The notes under the pieces are model-generated. The model was not told the origin of the DNA. It did not search any database and worked only from the letters and a program-made list of their open reading frames with translations. From the NCBI GenBank assembly GCA_036395165.1, contig DASWDS010000035.1, forward strand, positions 1 through 40,633: a DNA stretch of 40,633 nt. The letters are read 5' to 3'. Positions 9,402-15,909 of this stretch are shown here, in pieces. The DNA is from Anaeromyxobacteraceae bacterium (lineage in GTDB: Bacteria; Myxococcota; Myxococcia; Myxococcales; Anaeromyxobacteraceae). Every line of letters begins with the position of its first letter. The first letter of the stretch is position 1. A program made the position numbers and the translations under genes.

Positions 9402-9901
9402 GCGGGAGCCCGAAGCAGCACCGGGGGCCGCCCGACGCCGCCGAGCGCGCCGCGTCGGTGTCCGCGCGGCTGGCGCGGGCGGGGCTGAAGCGCTCCGCGG
9501 TCCGCAACGCGGTGATCGAGGCGTTCTTCGCGAGCGAGGGCCACGTCACGGTGGACGAGCTGCTCCTGCGCGCGCGGGAGATCCTGCCCAGCGTCGGCCC
9601 CTCCACCGTGTACCGGACGATGAAGCTCCTCGTGGAGCACGGCTTCGCGACCTCCCGCGACTTCGGCGGCGGGCACGCGCGGTTCGAGCCGGTGTCGGGG
9701 CGCCACCACGACCACGTCGTGTGCACGCGCTGCGGCGCGGTGCGCGAGTTCGAGGACCAGGAGATCGAGCTGCTCCAGCAGCAGGTCGCACGGCGCCTCG
9801 GCTTCGAGATCGACTCCCACCGCCTCGAGCTCTACGGACGGTGCGCCGCATGCCGCGCGGCCGACGCGCGCCCGACCGCGCGAGGGCGCGGGCGGCCATG
9901 A
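9398..9901 (+). CDS. fur: Fur-family transcriptional regulator
   Basis: STVYRTMKLL, HHDHVVCTRCG, ELYGRCAAC; GTGA overlap with the bfd stop. Confidence 0.9.
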   Translation: MSGSPKQHRGPPDAAERAASVSARLARAGLKRSAVRNAVIEAFFASEGHVTVDELLLRAREILPSVGPSTVYRTMKLLVEHGFATSRDFGGGHARFEPVSGRHHDHVVCTRCGAVREFEDQEIELLQQQVARRLGFEIDSHRLELYGRCAACRAADARPTARGRGRP

Positions 9902-10089
9902 GCCGGCGGCGCCGCCCCCGCTCTCGCCAGCTCCTCCGCTGTCGCCCCGGGCGATTCCCATCTTATTTGGGCTGCGCGCTCGACTTTGCGGTCCGTTCAG
10001 AGTAAGTACGCGTTTCCCACCAGATCTGGATCGGGACGGAGCGGCTTTTCGCCGTTCGCGAATATCAGAAGAAACGAGTTCATCCAGTA

Positions 10090-10293
10090 ATGGCTACCGG
10101 TACCGTGAAGTGGTTCAACGACGCGAAGGGTTTCGGCTTCATCACGCAGGACGGCGGCGGCGAGGACGTCTTCTGCCACCACACTGCAATCCAGGCCGAT
10201 GGGTTCCGTACCCTCGCCGAGGGCCAGAAGGTGGAGTTCGACGTGACCAAGGGCCCGAAGGGGCTCCAGGCGGCGAACGTCCGCCCGGTCTAG
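10090..10293 (+). CDS. cspA: Cold-shock protein
   Basis: [15 protein letters not shown] and DVFCH RNP motifs; 67 aa; AT-richer upstream leader. Confidence 0.95.
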   Translation: MATGTVKWFNDAKGFGFITQDGGGEDVFCHHTAIQADGFRTLAEGQKVEFDVTKGPKGLQAANVRPV

Positions 10294-10316
10294 TTCGCTT
10301 CACCTGATGTGATGGG

Positions 10317-10350
10317 AGCCTGGCCTTTCGAGGCCGGGCTTCTTCGTTTT
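10317..10350 (+). terminator. Intrinsic terminator after cspA
   Basis: AGCCTGGCCT-TTCG-AGGCCGGGCT stem-loop followed by TCTTCGTTTT. Confidence 0.8.
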
Positions 10351-10441
10351 CGAGGGCTCGCGCGCTCCGCGCCGACACCTCGAGGCGAGCTCCAGCCCGG
10401 CGGCGCAGGTCGCGACGGCGCTGCCCTGACGGCGCTCCAGG

Positions 10442-11062
10442 TCACCGCCTGGTGGCGAGGCTCGGCTTCTTGGGAAGATGCCGCAGCCCCATCCACGCGA
10501 GCGCCGCGATGTGGTTCGCGACCTCCTCCACGCTCGGCTTGCGCGTCTCGGTCCACCACTGACCGACGGACGTCACCATCCCGATGAGCGCGTGGGCGTA
10601 GATCGGAGCGGCCTTCGGGTCGTAGCCGGCGTCCTTGAACGCGGCCGTGAAGACGTCACCGACCCGTTCCGCCACGTCGTTGAGGAGGCTCGACATGCCG
10701 CCCGTGGCGGACGCGACCGTCGAGCCGTGGGCGAGCACGGCGAAGCCGTCGGGGTGGTCGTTCACGTACCCGAGGAACGCGAGGGCGGCGCGCTCGACGC
10801 GCTCACGGGGCGATCCCGTCGCGATGGCCTCGGCGATCCGGCGCACGACGTACTCCATCTCGCGGTCGACCACCACCGCGTACAGCCCTTCCTTGCCCCC
10901 GAAGTGCTCGTAGACGATCGGCTTCGAGACCTTCGCGTGCTCGGCGATCTCCTCCACCGAGGTGGCGTCGTAGCCGCGCCTGGCGAAGACGGCCCGCCCG
11001 ACGTCGATGAGCTGCGCGCGTCGCGCTGCAGCGGTGAGGCGGCGCTGACCTCGTGGGCCCAT
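10442..11062 (-). CDS. TetR/AcrR-family regulator
   Basis: TSVEEIAEHAKVSKPIVYEHFGGKEGLY HTH; divergent from the desaturase pair. Confidence 0.92.
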   Translation of the reverse strand: MGPRGQRRLTAAARRAQLIDVGRAVFARRGYDATSVEEIAEHAKVSKPIVYEHFGGKEGLYAVVVDREMEYVVRRIAEAIATGSPRERVERAALAFLGYVNDHPDGFAVLAHGSTVASATGGMSSLLNDVAERVGDVFTAAFKDAGYDPKAAPIYAHALIGMVTSVGQWWTETRKPSVEEVANHIAALAWMGLRHLPKKPSLATRR

Positions 11063-11074
11063 GGGGAAATGGTA

Positions 11075-11103
11075 TTACCACGAAGTAAGTTACTCAACCG
11101 TAT
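11075..11103. promoter_or_regulatory. Tandem TTAC-N6-GTAW operator pair 1 (putative TetR sites)
   Basis: TTAC-CACGAA-GTAA (11075-11088) and TTAC-TCAACC-GTAT (11090-11103), 15-bp period. Confidence 0.65.
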
Positions 11104-11162
11104 ACCACGCGCGCCTGCCGGCCTGGCCGGCTGCAGCGACTTGCATTCAGCGATTCGGCCCG

Positions 11163-11191
11163 TTACGTTCCAGTAACTTACTCATGCGTAA
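11163..11191. promoter_or_regulatory. Tandem TTAC-N6-GTAA operator pair 2 (putative TetR sites)
   Basis: TTAC-GTTCCA-GTAA (11163-11176) and TTAC-TCATGC-GTAA (11178-11191), 15-bp period. Confidence 0.7.
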
Positions 11192-11249
11192 CTACAAGGC
11201 CGCAACAACGATGCTCACAACAACGATGCTGACGAGGAGCCGAGTCCCC

Positions 11250-12317
11250 ATGATCGCGAGCGCCCTCGCGCGCCGGCTCCGGCTCGACCGCCACGCGGAG
11301 TTCTGGCTGGGCGAGCTCGACGGCACGTGGTCCCTGGGCGAGATCCGCGCGCGCGTCGCGGCGGTGATCGCGGAGACGCCCGACGCGAAGACGTTCGTGC
11401 TGCGTCCCAACGGAGCATGGCGCGCCCACCGCGCAGGCCAGCACACGACGATCGAGGTCGAGATCGACGGCGTGCGCGTCCGTCGCTGCTACTCCCTCTC
11501 GTCGGCACCCGCCGACGCGCTCCCCGCGATCACGGTGAAGCGCGCGCGGGGCGGCCGGGTCTCGGGATGGCTCCACGACCACCTGCGGCCGGGTGACGTG
11601 GTGCGGGTGTCGCCCGCCGCCGGTGATTTCGTGCTCCCCGAGCCCGTTCCGCGCAAGCTCCTGATGCTGAGCGGGGGGAGCGGCATCACCCCCCTCATGT
11701 CGATGGTCCGCGATCTCGCCGCCCGAGACCGCGTCCCCGATCTGGTCTTCGTGCACCACGACCGATCGGCGAAAGACGTGATCTTCGGCCGTGCCCTCGC
11801 CGAGCTGGCTGCGGACCACACGAGCCTGCGGATCGTGTCGTGCCTCGCCGACGGCACGCCGGGGCCTGGCCGGTTCGACGAAGCCCAGCTGCGCCGGCTC
11901 GTGCCGGACTTCGCCGAGCGCGAGACCTTCCTGTGTGGCCCGTCCGGGCTGATGGCGCGCGTCGAACGGCTCTGGGCGGACGCCGGTGCGGCGGGAGCGC
12001 TCCATCTCGAGCGCTTCGTCCCCCCGGCCGCGCGGGCGCCGCTCGAGGATCACGACGGCGGGACGCCCGTGAGCGTCATGCTCACGGAGTCGGGTCGCAG
12101 CTTCACCGCGGCCTCGGGGACGCTGCTCGAGCAGCTCGAGCGCGCGGGCGAGCGCCCGCGCTTCGGCTGCCGGATGGGGATCTGCCAGACCTGCAAGTGC
12201 CGCAAGCGGACGGGCTGTGTCGAGAACCTCCTCACCGGCGCCGTGTCGAGCGAGCCCGACGAGGACATCCAGCCTTGCATCTCCGTCGCGCGCTCCGACC
12301 TGGAGCTGTGCCTGTGA
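11250..12317 (+). CDS. FAD/NAD(P)H ferredoxin reductase with C-terminal [2Fe-2S] (Rv3230c/DesC-like desaturase partner)
   Basis: RCYSLSS, GGSGITP, CGP and GCRMGICQTC...PC motifs; GAGGAG RBS before ATG 11250. Confidence 0.88.
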   Translation: MIASALARRLRLDRHAEFWLGELDGTWSLGEIRARVAAVIAETPDAKTFVLRPNGAWRAHRAGQHTTIEVEIDGVRVRRCYSLSSAPADALPAITVKRARGGRVSGWLHDHLRPGDVVRVSPAAGDFVLPEPVPRKLLMLSGGSGITPLMSMVRDLAARDRVPDLVFVHHDRSAKDVIFGRALAELAADHTSLRIVSCLADGTPGPGRFDEAQLRRLVPDFAERETFLCGPSGLMARVERLWADAGAAGALHLERFVPPAARAPLEDHDGGTPVSVMLTESGRSFTAASGTLLEQLERAGERPRFGCRMGICQTCKCRKRTGCVENLLTGAVSSEPDEDIQPCISVARSDLELCL

Positions 12318-12328
12318 AGAGGAAGCTC

Positions 12329-13393
12329 ATGACGACGACCAGCAAGACCTTGAGCCGCCAGGAGGCGGACGCCTTCGGCCGGGAGCTCGACGCGCTCCGC
12401 CAGGAGGTCGTCGCGAGCCTCGGCCAGGCCGACGTCGATCACATCCGCCGGATGATCCGCGCTGCCCGCTACGCCGAAGCGGGTGGCCGGCTGGCGCTGC
12501 ACCTCGGGCTCGATCCGGTGACCTTCGCGGCGGGCGCGGGCGCTGTCGCGCTCTCCAAGATCCTGGAGAACATGGAGGTCGGCCACAACGTCATGCACGG
12601 TCAGTACGACTGGACCAAGGACCCCGAGCTCGACTCGCGGTCGTACGAGTGGGACATCGTGTGCACGGCCGACGACTGGCGGCACTCGCACAACTACGAG
12701 CACCACACGTTCACGAACGTCCTCGGGAAGGACCGGGACATCGGGTACGCCCTGCTGCGCGTCAGCCCCGAGCAGCGCTGGCATCCTGTCTATCTCGTCC
12801 AGCCCGTGTCGGCCCTGGTGCTCGCCTTCATCTTCCAGTGGGGCGTCGGCCTCCACGACCTGCGCATCGACGAGACGCTGACTGGCAGGCAGTCGCTCGC
12901 GAAGCTGCACGCGCACGCCAGGCCGTTCCTCGCCAAGGCCGGGTGGCAGGTGGCGAAGGACTACGCCTTCTTCCCCGCGCTCGCGCTCTGGAACGCGCCG
13001 CGCGTGCTGGCCGGCAACCTGCTCGCCAACATGGCGCGAAACCTGTGGTCCTTCGCGATCATCTTCTGTGGGCACTTCCCCAGCGGCGTGCGGCTGTACA
13101 CGGAGGACGAGGCGCGCGGCGAGAGCCGCGGCCAGTGGTATGTCCGCCAGCTGAACGGGTCCGCCAACATCGAAGGCGGGCGGCTCCTGCACGTCCTGAG
13201 CGGCCACCTCAGCCACCAGATCGAGCACCACCTCTTCCCGGACCTGCCCGCGGCGCGCTATCCCAGCATCGCCCCGCGCGTGCGCGACATCTGCGAGCGC
13301 TACGGCCAGGCCTACAACACGGGCAGCTTCAGGAAGCAGCTCGGCAGCGTCGTGGCGCGCATCTTCCGCCACGCGCTTCCGAGCGCCGCCTGA
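12329..13393 (+). CDS. Acyl-CoA desaturase (DesA3/DesB-type)
   Basis: KILENMEVGHNVMHGQYDW, WRHSHNYEHHT, HQIEHHLFPDLP. Confidence 0.92.
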   Translation: MTTTSKTLSRQEADAFGRELDALRQEVVASLGQADVDHIRRMIRAARYAEAGGRLALHLGLDPVTFAAGAGAVALSKILENMEVGHNVMHGQYDWTKDPELDSRSYEWDIVCTADDWRHSHNYEHHTFTNVLGKDRDIGYALLRVSPEQRWHPVYLVQPVSALVLAFIFQWGVGLHDLRIDETLTGRQSLAKLHAHARPFLAKAGWQVAKDYAFFPALALWNAPRVLAGNLLANMARNLWSFAIIFCGHFPSGVRLYTEDEARGESRGQWYVRQLNGSANIEGGRLLHVLSGHLSHQIEHHLFPDLPAARYPSIAPRVRDICERYGQAYNTGSFRKQLGSVVARIFRHALPSAA

Positions 13394-13563
13394 GCTCGAG
13401 GCGGTGCGAGCGCACGCCTGCCGCGCGCGCCCCGGCGGCGTCGGCGCTTCCCCACACGGGCGCCCGGGGCCTTCCCAAGGGATGCCCAAGGGCGTAAAAA
13501 GGGGCCACAATCTCGCGCCGACTTCCGTTCGCTTCGAATGGTCGCCCCCGAGAACAGGCGACC

Positions 13564-14565
13564 ATGATGGATATTGCGACCGGATCGTTGGTGAAGCACG
13601 TCTCCCTCGGCATCGGAAAGGTCGTCGCCGTCGAGGCGACCGCCGTGCACGTCTTCTTCCCGGAGAGCGAGAAGCGCTACGCGGCGAAGCTGCGCTGGCC
13701 CGCCGCGAGGCCGCTCCTGACGAAGGACGGCGTCCTGGCGAACGACTGGCTCGAGGGGCTCACCTCGTTCTCTCTCGATCCCACCACCGGGCGATACGCG
13801 CTCGCCGCGAACTTTCTCAGCCACGACGAGGCCATCGCCGAGTTCCTGAAGACGTATCCGCTGGGCTTCGCCGACCCGGCCTACGTCGGGACCGGGAGCG
13901 GGAAACGCGAGCGCGCGTCGAGGTGGCGCGCGGCGGGCGCGGCCTGGGCCGAGGCGTTCGGCGGCGGTGAAGGCGAGCGCCTCGTCGCGGAAGGCGAGCT
14001 CCGCGAGGTCGTGCGCCGGGCGCTCCGCGTCGCTGCGCACGTGACGAGCATCCCGGGCATGGTCGAGCAGGACGTGCTCGAGGAGGCGCTCGAGCCCGGC
14101 GACGTGGTGGCCGGCTTCTTCGAGGCCTTGTTCGCCGTCCTCTCGGCCCCCTCGCCGACGCGCCCACGGTTCGAGAAGCTGTTCACGACCAGTGACGCGC
14201 TGGGCGTCCCGCCGGATCTCGCCTGGCCGATGACGACCCTGTTCCCGTTCGTCGCCGATCCGGCGCGCCACGTGCTCCTCCTCCCGAAGTCCGCCTGCGG
14301 CACCGCGAGCCGGCTCGGATGCGACCTCCGCTTCAAGGCGGCGCCCAACTGGGCCACCTACGGTGCGCTGCGTGGCTTCTCGGAGCAGCTCCTCGAGAAG
14401 CTGCGCGCCCAGGGCGCACGCGATTTCGTGGACGTCGAGGCGTTCCTGCATGCGCTCGCGGTGAGACGCCCGTCCCCCGCGGACCGGCGCGCCAAGGCGA
14501 GCACCCTCTCGAAGGCCTCCGCGGGGGCAGGCGCACCCACGCAGGTGCCGCAGAGGAAGCGATGA
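13564..14565 (+). CDS. Hypothetical protein with an N-terminal SH3/DUF3553-like segment
   Basis: 333-aa ORF with natural composition; LVKHVSLGIGKVV N-terminus. Confidence 0.75.
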   Translation: MMDIATGSLVKHVSLGIGKVVAVEATAVHVFFPESEKRYAAKLRWPAARPLLTKDGVLANDWLEGLTSFSLDPTTGRYALAANFLSHDEAIAEFLKTYPLGFADPAYVGTGSGKRERASRWRAAGAAWAEAFGGGEGERLVAEGELREVVRRALRVAAHVTSIPGMVEQDVLEEALEPGDVVAGFFEALFAVLSAPSPTRPRFEKLFTTSDALGVPPDLAWPMTTLFPFVADPARHVLLLPKSACGTASRLGCDLRFKAAPNWATYGALRGFSEQLLEKLRAQGARDFVDVEAFLHALAVRRPSPADRRAKASTLSKASAGAGAPTQVPQRKR

Positions 14566-14768
14566 ACGACGCTTTCCGGGAGGTCAAGGCGCGGTTGCGC
14601 AAGCTCGACGAGATCCTCGTGGACCGGGGTCTCACGCACGTGGACTTCGCGCAGGCGCTGAGCCGCGTCCACCGCGTGGAGCGGCGGGGAGATCGCTCGC
14701 GCGAGCCCACGTCCGAGCTGCGCACGCTCCTCGAGCAAGCCGAGGGCCTCGCGCGCAAGATCGCATGA
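14562..14768 (+). CDS. Small helical hypothetical protein (68 aa)
   Basis: ATGA overlap with the upstream gene, GAGGA RBS; MNDAFREVKARLRKLDEIL... Confidence 0.65.
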   Translation: MNDAFREVKARLRKLDEILVDRGLTHVDFAQALSRVHRVERRGDRSREPTSELRTLLEQAEGLARKIA

Positions 14769-14976
14769 ACCCGGGGGAGACCACCCGCGGAGGACCATGA
14801 TGGGGTAGCGGCTCCATCGTGCGCCGATCGCTTCCCCCTGGAACGACGCTGATCGGGGTGGTGCGAGGCCAACGAGCGCTCGCCCTCACTGTCCAATGGC
14901 GCGACAGGTGATCAGGTTAGGTCGCCTGGTCGTGGAGCGTCCCGGTCCTCACGGGCCGAGCGCATGGAGGTCGTCG

Positions 14977-15165
14977 ATGGAGCAGCCGCAGATTCGCCTC
15001 GTCCATTGGTATCGCACGGACACCCACCGCATCGCGTGCGGCGCCCCGGGCCAGAGCAACTCGACGAAGCACCCCCGCGGCGTCACCTGCAGCGCGTGCC
15101 TCGCGCTGCTGGCGGACTCGCGAACCGCGGCGCACGCGATGGACGAGCCGGTGAGCTACGCCTAG
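14977..15165 (+). CDS. Small putative Zn-binding protein (62 aa)
   Basis: GGAGG RBS; VHW...IACG...VTCSAC gives a His/Cys/CxxC set. Confidence 0.6.
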   Translation: MEQPQIRLVHWYRTDTHRIACGAPGQSNSTKHPRGVTCSACLALLADSRTAAHAMDEPVSYA

Positions 15166-15254
15166 ATCACGCGCCGTGACGCGACCGATCGACGGCGCCG
15201 GCGGCGGAGCACGAAACATCGGCCGAGATCGGAATCTCCGGTTAGAATGACGGC

Positions 15255-15452
15255 TTGGTGTACTCAGCGCGCACGACCTTCCCCGTCCGGACGCACGTCG
15301 TCACCGTCGAATGCCTCGAGAAGCACCGGTGGCGCGTGAGCGTCGATGGCCGTTTGCTCGCAAGCTTCTGCTCCGAGAGCCGCGCCCGCACGGCGGGGCG
15401 GATCGAGGCACGGCGCCTCGACTTCATCGCGAGCGACGCGCGCCGGCGTTAG
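15255..15452 (+). CDS. Small hypothetical protein (65 aa)
   Basis: TAGAAT 6 nt upstream of the start; beta-rich HRWRVSVDG segment followed by a helix. Confidence 0.45.
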   Translation: MVYSARTTFPVRTHVVTVECLEKHRWRVSVDGRLLASFCSESRARTAGRIEARRLDFIASDARRR

Positions 15453-15608
15453 GGCGCGCCCCTCTCTTCCGATCGCGGTAAGATCACGGCGTGGGCACCC
15501 GCTCGGCGCGCGGTCCCGGGCAGCGCCCGCGGCTCCGGGCCGTACGACCTCATCGACGACCGCGCGCCTGCAATGCAGTCATCGAGAACACTTCCGACAG
15601 GAACGCCC

Positions 15609-15830
15609 GTGCCGACCGACAAGAGGAAGCAGTCGCTGTACTTCCCGGAGGACATGCTCCAGGAGATGGGCGACGAAGCGAAGAGGCAGGATCGATCGCT
15701 CTCCTGGCTGGTGCAGCAAGCATGGAGGATCGCGCGAGAGAAGCTCTCCAGGACTCCCGGCATCAACGATCCCCCGAGCGCGCCGTCGCCCGCCGCGACG
15801 GATGGGTCGCAGGGAACGCCGTCGACGTAG
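15609..15830 (+). CDS. TIGR04563 (MXAN_4361/4362-type) small ribbon-helix-helix-like protein
   Basis: TDKRKQSLYFPEDML.E...EA.RQDRSLSWLVQQAW.IAR signature; AGGA upstream of GTG. Confidence 0.85.
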   Translation: MPTDKRKQSLYFPEDMLQEMGDEAKRQDRSLSWLVQQAWRIAREKLSRTPGINDPPSAPSPAATDGSQGTPST

Positions 15831-15909
15831 CCGCGAGACGGTGGCAGACGTCCCGCGCTCGTGGAGCGCGGTGAGCGGACGCTGGAGGCGGCGCTCGAGC
15901 CGCACCGGC

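Noticed and set aside
11203-11230. Short direct repeats considered as a CRISPR array
   Set aside because: Only two 13-bp units, no spacers and no cas genes.
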